This document shows, in pieces, positions 22,898-34,794 of a stretch of DNA of 64,000 nt. Position numbers and translations under genes: made by a program. The notes under the pieces were generated by a model, which was given only the letters and a program-made list of their open reading frames with translations, ran no database searches and was not told where the DNA came from. Source of the DNA: Saccostrea echinata (lineage: Eukaryota); contig NW_026889758.1 of NCBI RefSeq assembly GCF_033153115.1, positions 24,304,001-24,368,000 on the forward strand. The letters are read 5' to 3'. The first letter of the stretch is position 1; the number at the start of each line of letters is the position of its first letter.

Positions 22898-24574
22898 ATT
22901 CTTTTTATCCTATGTTTTATACATCACAATCAATGTTTTACACTGTTTTTATATAGGAATCTACTTCATTTTACTTCTCCACTCTCACGCTTAAACGCAT
23001 TGTGACGTCATTACTGTGGAATATCAAAAAAAAAATCCAATGAGTGATATCCACGGGATAAAGGGGTAAACATGTGTAAGATCACCTATTTTTCGTGGGG
23101 TTATTTTTTCGTGGTTTGAAGAAAAAATGAGTTGGTGAAGGAAATTTTCTTTGTGAATGAAGAAAAGCTTGGTTGATATATATCTGAATTTTACATTTCG
23201 TGGAGGACATATATTTGTGGGTCTCTCTATGCCATAAAACACCCACAAAATTTAATGATTTTACAGTATCTCAAATAATTTAGAAAATGTAGGTTCTTGC
23301 ACTATTTCAAACATAAGAAGTGGAAAATTTGCAGATTTTCTGTCATAACCATATTGTGACTTACAAGAACTAGTCAATATTAATTGAAATGCAGAATTAC
23401 CAGTACTAGTAGAGGTTTCCATTTCTATTTATAGCAATAAACATCAACAAAAACATACCCCTCAGCATATAAGGAACCAGAAGTCTCTGACGAGACTGTA
23501 GCTCTACTGGTATTTATTTAACAAAGGAAGAGAAAAGTAGCTAGCACTTGGACTTGACAGTAAATAAAAAAAATATATCCTTATTTAGCTTCTTTTTGTG
23601 TCAAGATTGCAGTTGGTCAAAAACTGTAATAGGAGTAGCTTTTGAAAGAATTGACGAAATTTCCTTTTTTATTTTTTTTGGTTACCATGACAACACTGTT
23701 ATCTAAAACTAAAATCTAATGTGCAGGATTATGTGTCTTCTTGGAATCAGATCAAAGCAGTAGAAGAGGCTTCCTGATAGAATTTGACAGGAATTTTTAA
23801 TTTTAGTCACCATTTCAACGCCATTCATCAAAACCAAAAACTGATAAGCAGAGTGATGTATCTCAGTGTAGTCTACTTGTATATAATTTAATTTTGGTTT
23901 TTACTCGTCATTTGATTGGATAAAAAATAAGTTTATACTATATAACCTGTGTTGCCTAGGTTACACTGACTTAAGTCAAAAACGTATCGATCCGCTTGAT
24001 GTTACATTTTAATTATGTACAATTTGAAGGAGAAATTGTTATTTTTTCACACTTAGTGCCCGCTGAAATATGGCTAAAATAATAATGCCTTGGCATTAAA
24101 CAGTAATCAATCAATCAATTACACTTGGTGAAGGAATATTAAATAATAAGGATTGAATTTAATAGCTACCCAGTATTAAAAGTAAGTCCCAATAAAGCTA
24201 AAAATGACAATCTTACACCAATTAGAAAATTCGTAGAAATTTTTTTTTTACAGTTCTACCAATCTCCACTATATTTCACACATTATTGAGAATGGGTTCT
24301 CCAGTCTTTTTATAGAAATATGTCTAAAATAGACATATTGTGATTTTTTGAAAGATGAAGATGCTCAGTATTTTAGACATTATGGATGGAAAATCTGCAG
24401 ACTGTCATAAACATCATTTGGCTTACATGTACAATTATAAGTCACAGTTAATTGAAATAATTCAATAAACAAAAATAATTTACAAACATTTACCAATATC
24501 TTTAAAAAAAATTAAGTATGGTCCTTCATGCATATATTTCCATTGTATCATTTTTAGTGTTTGGTGGCAAAATT

Positions 24575-25856
24575 AACAAGAGGTCCAAGAGCTTTGAATC
24601 GCTCTTCTGATAAACTGTACAACCTATCACTTCTATTTGAAGCCTCTAAGTATCCTGTATATTTAGATAAAGTCTTGAAATTCCAAATCGTCATCTTGAC
24701 CTACATTTTAGATGAAACACTCTGAGAACCCAAGATGATTCTAAGCCCATTAGTATCCGAAATATTGAATTATAGTCATATAAATTGAAAAGTAGGTCAC
24801 GGTAACTTACTTTTCAGTCAATTTACTCCGAGGACCCAAGATGCATCAACTGACAAAGTTTGATGATGCTAACCCAATTAGTACCCGAAATATTTAATTA
24901 GAGTGATATAAATTGAAAAGTAGGTCATGGTGCCCTACTTTTCAGCTGACGTTTTTCGAGGACCCAAGATGCATCAACTTACAAAGTTTTATGATCATAG
25001 GCCTTAAAATGTCCAAATTATGCCTCTAAAACGCTTTGAAATCGAATGCCTGCAAAGTTCAAAAAGTAGGTCACTGTGACCTACTTTTTAATAAATATGT
25101 TTTATGGCCCCAAGATGCATCATCTTACAAGATTTAATGATTCTAAACCTCTCAGTATTCGAATTAATGACCTTAATTGTTTTAAAAAAGATTAGCCATA
25201 AAATTCAAAAAGTAGGTCAAGGTGACCTACTTTTTAGTCAACGTACTCCGAGGACCCAAGATACATCAACTGACAAAGTTTGATGATCATGGGCCTTAAA
25301 TTGTTCAAAATATGCCTCTAAATCATTTTGAAAAAGAATGGCTGCAAAATTTAAAAAGTAGTCACCGTGATTTACTTTTGAGTCAACATGATATGAGGTC
25401 CTCAGATGCATCAACTGACAAGATTTGATGATCCTAGTTCTTAAAATAAACAAAATATCAACATTATAATATAATGTAATTTTTGGTCAACTTTGAAGAG
25501 ACCTTGAGACCATGCCCTTTGCCCCAGGGTGATTTCCCGTGCAAATTTTAATCTACAACATATCCTTATCCTTTTGTGTAAGTTGGTGATAATCTGCCCA
25601 GTGGTTTTTGAGAAGAAGATTTTTTAGCATTCAGTACTTTTGTTTCTATTTTCCTAATTATCTCCTCCTTTTTAAGGGTCACAACCCTAGTTTTAGTAAA
25701 AATGGGAGTTGTTGGGCCAAGGATACCCTGTAACAAATTTGACAATAATTGGCCAAGGGGTTCTTGAGTTATGGCCCATATTCTATAAAGCTTACACACA
25801 TCGCACAAATGGCCATAGCATTAGCTCTTTGAGCCTTTGGCTCAGAAGAGCTAAAA
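24575..25856 (+). mobile_element. HINE (Helentron-derived) with internal tandem repeats, nested in the foldback element
   Basis: Starts aacaagagg...gctcttctga and ends in hairpin agctctttgagcctttggctcagaagagctaaaa. Repeats of aaaagtaggtcacggtgacctactttt...gacccaagatgcatcaactgacaaag. Confidence 0.8.
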
Positions 25857-27577
25857 ATGGAAACCTCCACCGATTATTCTACTTTTCAGTTAATGCTGTG
25901 TTTTTCTTGTCGAATACATAACCTTTTTAACAATAAGTCTGCAGATTTCCCATCCCTCATGTGAGAAATAGTGCAAAATTCTACATTTCGTCTATAATAT
26001 GATTTTTAAAACATTTGTTACTATAAATAGAAATGGAAACCTCCACTGAATGTACTGCATTTCAGTTAATGCTGTCTCGCTCTTTTCAGTCGCCTTATGT
26101 TAACAACAGAAAATAAGAGTTAGTCTGCAAATTGTCCATCCCTAATGTGAGAAACAGTGCAAAATTCTACATTTCTTTAATAATTTGCAGTATGTCTATT
26201 TTTAAACATTTGTTACTATAAATAGAAATGGAAACCTCCGCTTATTATTCTGCATTTCAGTTAATGCTTTCTTGTACTTGTTGTTCCCCTTATGTTATTA
26301 ACAATTAATAGCAGTTTGTCTGCAAATTGTCCATCCCTAATGTGAGAAAATAGTGCAAAATTCTACATTTTCTTGATAATTTTCAGAATGTCTATTTTTA
26401 AACAATTGTTACTATAAATAGAAATGGAAACCTCCGCTTATTATTCTGCATTTCAGTTAATGCTCTTCTGTACTTGTCAGTCACATTATGTCAGTTACAG
26501 TTTATGACAGTTAGTATGCAAATTGTTCATCTCTAATGTGAGAACTAGTGCAAAAAATCCACATTTCGTCATTAATTTCCCATGTGTCTAATTTTAGACA
26601 TTTGTACTATTTATAGAAATGAGAGCCTATCCTCAATAATGTGTGAGTTATTGTATTATCCCATGTTCTAATTGATGAAATATTGGTGATAGCAGTATGT
26701 TTATCACTTATGTTTTAGTGGAGCTTCTAAATGATAGAAAATAGTCATTTTTACACATATTATGAGACATGTCTATTTTAAGGCATTTGAAGCTATAAAT
26801 AGAAAACGGAACTCCCTTCAAATAATATGCATAGTAGTTATTGGTGTCCAGTTTCTGTCATTAACATATTGACTTTTACAGTATATTTCTTAAATACCTA
26901 CCAATGGCATCTTAAACTCTGCCCAAATTTGATTTTTTAGATTTTTCTGAAATATGTCTATTTATAGATATATGTTACTAAAAATAGAATTGAGATCCCA
27001 CTCCAATTTTTTCATGAGGTGACACTCCTAATTCTGAAGTATAAAACACACATAAGATTTGAAAAATTTCCGTAGACAATTTTTTTTATTTAACCTTAAA
27101 GTTCTCAAAAAATACCAAATTTCCCATTTTTCACATTTTCAGAAACAATGTCATTTTACAGGACCTTTTTCTTAGAGTGGGAATAATTCTGGAATAACCG
27201 ATTATATGCCCTGTATACCTTAAAAGTTGATGTTTTCTTATGATACAATGATTTGTGTTTGAGTTTACTACATAAAGACAAAAATGCATTTACATTTCCT
27301 CAATTTTCATGTTTTTATTTGGTCAAAAAGGGCCAAAAAGGGCCAAATTCAATTGACCCGTCTCCATGGCAACCGGGTGCACGTGTGAAACTTCTAACAC
27401 CATATTTCCTAGTTTTGTGCCAAGATGCACCTGTGGTGCAAATTTCATCAAAATCGGAGAGATGTCGTTTCCAAGATTTTTTGGTGCTTACAGAGAATGC
27501 ATGTTAAACACTGAGGATAGGGTAAGTTCTGTATAACAACATATTCGAGAAGTGGTCTTAATCAGATGTGAATACTT

Positions 27578-28500
27578 AACAAGAAGCCCGTGGGCCACAA
27601 TGATCTCCTAAGTAACAAGCACTGCTGTTTATTTTCTTCAGGTTTCTATATTCCCATATTATGGATCCATCCTAAGTCTAAGGGATTTCTGAAACCACAT
27701 AAAATGGGGATGTTTCAATATCAGTATGACTAATATGGCCTTGTAGTTATGGAGACAAACATTCTTCTACTGTGTATATTTTGCGTAAAATTTGATCTTG
27801 GTTTTGAACAACTCTAGGGGTCCATGTATTATTAAAAAAAAAAGACTGAATAAACACAGTAGGGAGGGGGTGGGGGGTGGGGCAAGACTAAAACAAGAAT
27901 TTACATTACCTCAGGAAGCTTTCACAAAACGTTTTATTGTTTCTGATCCCGTAAAGGTTTTAATAGATTTTTCGTACATACATGTATTTCAATGTAAAAC
28001 TTTGATTCCCTTTTGTGACCATACCGTTTAGACTAGTTGATTGTATGTTTTTTTACGCTTTTCATCAATATATAGAGACGTCACCATATACCGGTGAAGG
28101 GCTTCAAATTTAGACCAAGGCCATTGAACAGTGAGGGATCATTGTCGTGACACGGCTTCTCGGTTTTTAAGGTTTCATCCGAAAGACCCGCAACTTTCAC
28201 TTCAAACTGCCGAGCGCTTGGCGAAGGAACAGTAGCTAACTATTTTTTATCAACTTAAGTCAGTGGCGGCCGGAGTTTCAACACATGACCTTCCGATAAC
28301 GGAGCGAGCGCTCTACTGACTGAGATACTGTGACGGTCCACCCTTAAGAAAAAGATTTTCAAATATATTTTATATTTACTAAATAAGACTTCGATGCTCT
28401 ATCGTTGCCGCACCTACCCCTGTCACCCCCCCCCCCCATCGCGGGATAATTTGACAACTTTAAATCTGCCATTACCTTAGGATGCTTTCACACAGGTTTC
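27578..28500 (+). mobile_element. Degenerate HINE with ~165-bp satellite-like units, interrupted by a SINE
   Basis: aacaagaagcccgtgggccac start. Units resemble those at 41525-42070. Confidence 0.5.
28036..28338 (-). mobile_element. tRNA-derived SINE (same family as 52639-52984)
   Basis: Colinear with the other copies: ctcggtttttaaggtttcatccgaa...gccgagcgcttggcgaaggaacag. Confidence 0.8.
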
Positions 28501-28552
28501 ATCGTATCTTAGTAGCAATTCGAGGTGACGTAAGTCAGCCTCGTAAGCTGCT

Positions 28553-28843
28553 GACCAGCTTCAATGCGTGGCGCAGTGGTTAGAGTGTCTGCTCTAGAGT
28601 CGCGAAGTAAGGAGTTGATCCTTACGTCGCGGGTTCGAATCCCACTGTGGGACGTGGAGACCGGTCCTTCAGATGAGACCGTATAAACCGAGGTCCCGTG
28701 TCGCAGTAGGTGCTGGCACGAAAAAGATCCCTTACTGCTCAATGGCCGTAAGTATAGGACAAAATTTGCAGCTCTCCACCGGCAAGTGGTGGCGTCTCCA
28801 TATGAGTGAAAAATTCTCTCGAGGGACGTTAAAAACAAACAAA
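28553..28843 (+). mobile_element. tRNA-derived SINE with Deu/Nin-like core
   Basis: A box gtggcgcagtggttag, B box gggttcgaatccc, core tccttcagatgagaccgtataaaccgaggtccc, (aaac)n tail. Confidence 0.85.
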
Positions 28844-28899
28844 CTTCAATGGCGCCCCTCTCTGATCACTACCATTTGCAATTTCTTATTTATTTTCAC

Positions 28900-29301
28900 T
28901 AGGGCTGGGACGATACAACTTTTTCTTTATCGATACGTATCACGATATTTGAGCCACGATACGATATGTATCACGATAATTATGTTATAAATTTGGGGTT
29001 TTTTTTATTGAAATGAACTAAACATTTCTTTACAAATAAGAATGATTTATTCAAAGAAGTTGCATATCTGTTGTAAAACAAAATTATTTTACATAATTGG
29101 TGTTAATTATTATGTATTTCATAATTATATTTATATTTAGCATATTTATTTTACATATTAAACCCAAAATGTTAAGTTAACAAAGAAAAACTTAAGTGAG
29201 AACTTTTGGGGGATATTTCGATATTTCTTCGTACGTACATGTATTGATATGCGTATCGTCCTCACACAGAATCGACATCTCGATATATCGTCCCAGCCCT
29301 A
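28900..29301. mobile_element. hAT-type MITE
   Basis: TIR tagggctgggacgata / tatcgtcccagcccta with perfect 8-bp TSD attttcac. Confidence 0.92.
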
Positions 29302-29716
29302 ATTTTCACTCTTCGGGACAATTCACTACTCTTGATGTTAACTGGTGATACCTTAGAAAGCAAGGATCAAATCAGAGATAGGTTACTAATATTTAAACAA
29401 TAGCACTTGCAAGATTGATTGGAAATATTAAAACGTTAATTTTGATCAGTTCACTAAGAAATATAGTCCTCTGTTTATACATGCATTGAAATCAGAATTT
29501 CGGTCACAAAACAAGATCGAAAATGAATTTAATGTGATTTTCAAGCAATAAGTAGTGTTTTCATGGATTTACAAATACGTACTACAAATTCCTGAGTGTG
29601 AATAAGATATGAAGTATCCCTACGCTCCGAACGATTCTAGCGAGGGTAAAATGTAAACAAATGGCTATGACAGAGATCGTGATATTGAACGTCGATCGCA
29701 GGCAAGGAAGAGAATA

Positions 29717-29928
29717 GGCCCAAAGACCATAAACTTAGAAAAGACTCAAGTCAAAATTTGAATATCTCGAGTTTTATTTAATGCATTTGCTTAAAAATTT
29801 GCAATTTTGTATAACATTTAAATTCAAACATATAACGAAAATTTTGTTTGATTATGAAAATTATTTCAAAAGATATATTGGTTTGAAATTTTGACTTAAG
29901 TCTGTTCTCAGTTTATGGTCTTGGAGCC
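29717..29928. mobile_element. Small MITE (Harbinger-like)
   Basis: Imperfect TIRs ggcccaaagaccataaact...aagtcaaaatt and aattttgacttaag...agtttatggtcttggagcc. Confidence 0.65.
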
Positions 29929-31099
29929 AGAATCGTGGAACAAAATCAGCTGAAAGAGGCGTTCTGCTTACTTTGAACTATGCAGTTAAATGAATTCGGG
30001 GATCAATATAGGGACGATTGAGCTCAAAACTTTGTCGTAAATTATCATAAAAGCGAAGGTTAACATTTTTATCCCCTCTGTTTTGTAAATCATTTTTTTT
30101 TAAATTTGTTAAGAGCACGTGGTATTATTGTCACAATTTATAAATCTGTTCGGTGTTATCACTGTTTAAATAGATGAATAACAGCAGGGCGCTTTCGTCT
30201 ATATTCTTCTGGAATTTACTCTTCTGCATACTAGTATATATTAAAAAATAGATTGTTACAAGTTATACACACCAAGACGCAAAACAGCTGGACCTCTATC
30301 GATATCATACCAAAAATGTTGGAGATGAATTTCGACTATTTGATTTAATTCATGCTGTGAATACAGACATATATTTTAGAGCTATTAACTGTCTTTGGCG
30401 ATCACAGATGTGAAAAACAAGGCTGATTGCATGATAAAGTCTCTCAGTCGACATGCAGTAGTAGATCTCTAGTTTTCATAATATAGTAATTAATTTATAA
30501 TTCTTTGTTTTCATTTATTAAATGCAGATTCACAAAAAAGAAATAATAATAAGGAATTTGAAAATGAACTTTGAAGAGAATGTAACAAATTTGCTACTTT
30601 GATAAGGCTCTGAAAATATGGAGAGATGAGAAAAGAAAAATGTGTTAATCTTAAGTATAAATATTATGTAAATAAACTATGCAAGAAATGAAATAGCTTA
30701 AACCTAAGTCTATTAGTTTAAAACTTTAGATTGACAATGTACGTATAATTTTGTTTTCCAGGTAGAGATTTATATGCCTTGCAATTGGAAAAAAATAAAA
30801 TAATTATTTTATTTAAATATCATACCTTTTTGTCTCTTTAAGTATTCTTAGAATATAAATTTATTTAAGGTATATACATTAACATTTTTTTTTTTTAAGT
30901 TTAAAAAATGATCAATTTTCTTAAGGTATTTCGAGTCTACAATGCTTCATATGATTAAATGAAATAAATTATACCAAATTGAGTTTAGTTGGAAAAAAAT
31001 GTCGAAATGGGCCTGCTCCCCCCCCCCCCAAAAAAAAAACAAAGAGAGGGTTTGTTTTTATTGTATTAAATGTTAGCTGCATCAGTGATTAATGTGGTT

Positions 31100-31238
31100 C
31101 CGGGGCCATAAAACTTAGACGAGCTCATTTTTGATCCCAGTCTCAATTTTGATCCCAGTCTCACTTTTACAAAGGAATCGTTAGCGGAAAAGTGAAACTA
31201 AGATCAAGAGTAAGCTCATCTAAGTTTTATGGCCCCGG
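31100..31238. mobile_element. Small MITE (Harbinger-like)
   Basis: 20-bp perfect IR ccggggccataaaacttaga / tctaagttttatggccccgg. Confidence 0.75.
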
Positions 31239-31844
31239 GGACTGGAATTTCAAAGACATATGACACATGGTTCCAGGCCCCCCCCCCTTTTTTTTTTTTT
31301 TACACATTCATATGGTAAAGATTCTTTTTTTTTTTGTTGGTATTTTCGCTTTTGTTTAAAAGTAACTAGTTCAGTTTTTATAGATCAAATAAGTTACAAA
31401 ATGCATTTGTCGTATTGCTCACTTTTTGCTTTCCAATGGTTTTCATTGGAGGTTGTCTTTTGATGTAAGGTTTTGTATATGCCAGTAAACTTTGGGATAT
31501 ATTTCACATTGTACTGGAAGACATCACATCGATTCAGTACTTTGATGTTAATGCCACACTGCTAGACTACAGCGTTTGAAAGACCTGATTTTAAGCTTAC
31601 GCTATTTACAATCTAGCTAAAGCTAAATGTTCTGTCCGCAGCATATCTGGATTGCAGGAATCACAAAGCAAAATAAATAACACTCGAGCAAAAATGCGTC
31701 GTTATTCTGGTTGTTCTCTGAAGCATCCACTCGTTGACCACAGTTATGTTAAGCCTTGTGCACCGTGAGCACTTTTTAAAAATCACTAAGTTGTTTGATT
31801 GGCATTATATTTAGCTTTGTATTTTACGATTAAATGTTGCGTTT

Positions 31845-32128
31845 TAGGGGTTCAAACCCCGTAAGCCACTGGCCTACGTCGATAAAAAGGTAACAAATGT
31901 TCTTTCGCTAAGCGCTCGGTACTTTAAAGTGAAAGTTGAGGGTCTTTTGGGTGAGACCTTAAAAACCGAGGTCCTGTGTCACAGCAGGCGATGGCACGAT
32001 AAAATTTCTTCACTGCTCAATGGAACGGAGTGCCGAGTAATGGTCTAGATTTGAAGCCCTTAAAGATATATGGTGACGTCTCTATGTTGGTGAAAAATTC
32101 TCGAACGTTAAACAACATGCAATCAATC
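31845..32128 (+). mobile_element. Degenerate tRNA-derived SINE
   Basis: gggttcaaaccc...ttcgctaagcgctcgg...aaaaccgaggtcctgtgtc...gtgaaaaattctcga...aatcaatc. Confidence 0.75.
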
Positions 32129-32829
32129 TCAAAGATATGTTGGCGGTCAATTTTCTTTGATTTTTTTCATTTTAGCAATTTTATTGATAAAATTTCCAAA
32201 GTAACTATGTGCATTACCAAATATCGTTTATAATATGCTCTCTGGAGAAAATTGTGAGATTTAATATAAAAGAGGGTGATCGTGCATTTAGGGACATTTC
32301 ACAAATTCTGTAAATTTCAAGCAATTTTAATTCTTTGATGTGTGAGACATCTTAATTAGAGCGACCTATAGATATCAACATTTAAAAAGTGCGTGCACTA
32401 TATCCTTACGTAAACTTTCATTCTTAATTCAATTGTGACTTGAAATTCATTTGAAGCTGACCAAAAAAAAATTATAAACCATAAGTACCGTCGTATAACT
32501 TAACCCATCCCTGACTTTGAGGCGACCATCACCATGATTATCTGGAATCTGATATTTCTCAGAAAATTTCAGTTTTTCTCACTAACCAGTGCCACTAAAA
32601 TTTGAGTTTTTCAAGTGTGCGATTTTATTCACCAACAAGAGCGCCACGGTTTTTTTTTTATTTTTGGAGGGGGGGGGGGGGGTTGCAGCTGAGATAAAAT
32701 GAAGGTTTTTCATGCAATCATGAAATTAGTAAATAGAAACCTCAGATAAATCCTACATGATTATGTTACGGGTAAAATAATCGTAAATGGTACCGATACA
32801 TGTACACTACTCATATCTTTTCCATGAAG

Positions 32830-32834
<5 letters not shown>

Positions 32835-32910
<76 letters not shown>
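32835..32910. repeat. (TA)n microsatellite
   Basis: Pure TA run. Confidence 0.98.
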
Positions 32911-32911
<1 letters not shown>

Positions 32912-33451
32912 CTATCTTGAAGATTAACAGATATTTTTTCTTTACTTTTATCATTCTTATTATTAACTTTCGAGCATACATCCATAATTTGAGTATACAA
33001 GTAAATTTCATCTTAATTAGAACTCATAACTGTTTTTTAGGAAGGCTACAATGGAATCTATTTTATATTTAAACATCTGATAGGTACAGGTATATTCTTT
33101 TCTAAAATGTCATAAATAACCATTTTTAAAAAGTTCAATTGGAAATTAACTTTGTTGGTGACGCGATCAAATTCTGTCCCAGAGAACTAAATATCTAACG
33201 TTGTTAATCATAACTTATATTTACATAACTACTTAGGCAAATATTTCACTAAACGACCCATTGTATTGTGCAAAGTTTCTGAGTTGCACTAAGTCAAGAA
33301 CTTTTTAGACCCTTTCCCCTCTTTTCAGTAGATTCATCTGAGAAAAATATTTGCAAATGTGAATCTTTTTTTAACAGAACATATATAGCCCCCCCCCCCC
33401 CAAAAAAAATCACCGTTTAAGAACTTTACAAGACTACGACAATACTGCCCT

Positions 33452-33534
33452 TTAATTTTCAATCTAAAGTTGAGAATGACTACATGACAAATTATAATCT
33501 GTCATGTCATTTTCAACTTTAGATTGAAAATTAA
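33452..33534. repeat. Near-perfect 83-bp palindrome
   Basis: ttaattttcaatctaaagttga...catgaca, 10-nt loop, tgtcatg...tcaactttagattgaaaattaa. Confidence 0.85.
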
Positions 33535-34794
33535 TAAATGACAATATATATCTGAGGCATGTGATACCGTGATCATTGCCATGTTAGTTACTTCAGGTTT
33601 TCAATGTATAACGACCATTTTTTTTGTACATAATTAATGAATGGTCCGATTTTTAAAACATGGTAGCATTTTGAAGGTGTTATCAAACAAAAATACTCCA
33701 CCAAAGGAATAAACCAAATTTTGATTATTGTACCTTGAAGTTAACATTGAAGTTCATGGGCAGCGCATGTGTTATTAAGATATTGTAAAAAGTAATTTGC
33801 ATTTCATGCAAATCTCTTGGTGAATATATGCATAAACTCTCTTTATTATAATATGAAATAAAATGAATCATTCACTATAGATATTTTGAAAACATTAAAA
33901 TTTTTCTTCTTTTCATTAAGGGCAGATAACTCTTCAAAAACTCTTAAGGTGCAAAGTGACTGGCTTCTTACATGTTATCTGTCATGTGAATTTGAATTTA
34001 TTTCACTTTCATTGTTATCTAGAAATGCATTTTTAACTAGTTCAAGATGATTCAAAATTGATTAAAATCCCTTCATTATACATTGAATACCTTAACAAAC
34101 TTGCTTGTAATTATGGAAGGAGGAAGGATGAAAAGAAGCTGGCAGAATGATGGAAAACAAGATCTTTTCATTTAAATTTCAAATAAGTGCACGTCTGAAG
34201 AGGATGCAATTGAATTTCCTTGCATGGTGAGAGGTATTTGTTCTTGAAAATAAATAGGGTAATTTAAACAGCTTTTTTACATAAATCACTGCCTTTAAGG
34301 TAGGTCGCGGGTTTGCTTTTGTCATCAATTTCGGTACACAATTTCGACGATTCGAGCGGTTGTTTTGTGCACATTTGATTATGACGTCAGTTACGTCACA
34401 AAGGCGACGTTGCATTGCTTCCCGTTTATTTCTCTGAAAATTACTTTAGCAATAGAATCTAGTCCGTACGAAGCGTAGAAAGTACATGTTATTGTCCGTA
34501 ATTGTATTGTCGTAAATGTATGAAACCAGAGTATTACAAGTTTGAATTCTGCTCTGATTATATGTGTAATGTATAAGAACAAACTAATAAAACATAATAA
34601 ATGCGATGCAAAATGCAAGGAATAATTAAATTTTATATTCAAAATGATACTAAACTGCTAAAGGTCAATCAAAATGAGTCAGTGTTAAATTAAAGATATG
34701 GCACGCAAAATGAAAGTTACCGTAAATTGCTAAGCCGAAAATTTGAAAGGCTGTATGTGTGCACGTAATTTGCAACGAAGGGAAGGTGCGTAAT

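Larger units (their letters stand above)
20680..27503. mobile_element. Non-autonomous foldback-type element, ~1.3-kb near-identical TIRs, TTAA TSD (possibly Sola3-related)
   Basis: Ends catgcattctctgtaagcaccaaaaaat and atttttggtgcttacagagaatgcatg. TTAA at 20676-20679 and 27504-27507, empty site visible in B1. Arms ~20680-21983 and ~26210-27503. Confidence 0.9.
9349..27522 (+). mobile_element. PAT-like DIRS-order tyrosine recombinase retrotransposon with split direct repeats A1-ORFs-B1-A2-B2, carrying three nested insertions
   Basis: A1 is 9349-9366 plus 9828-9884, B1 20267-20336, A2 20338-20407, B2 20625-20679 plus 27504-27522. Gag, RT/RNase H/MT and YR ORFs lie between A1 and B1. Split direct repeats plus an MT domain are characteristic of PAT-like elements. 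Confidence 0.9.

Noticed and set aside
20711-27507. Near-identical ORFs at 20711-20941 (-) and 27253-27507 (+) as a duplicated gene
   Set aside because: They are the two arms of the inverted repeat, with non-ATG starts and no protein features.
28565-28645. tRNA gene
   Set aside because: The A and B boxes run straight into a SINE body and tail with no proper cloverleaf. The same applies to the other SINE heads.
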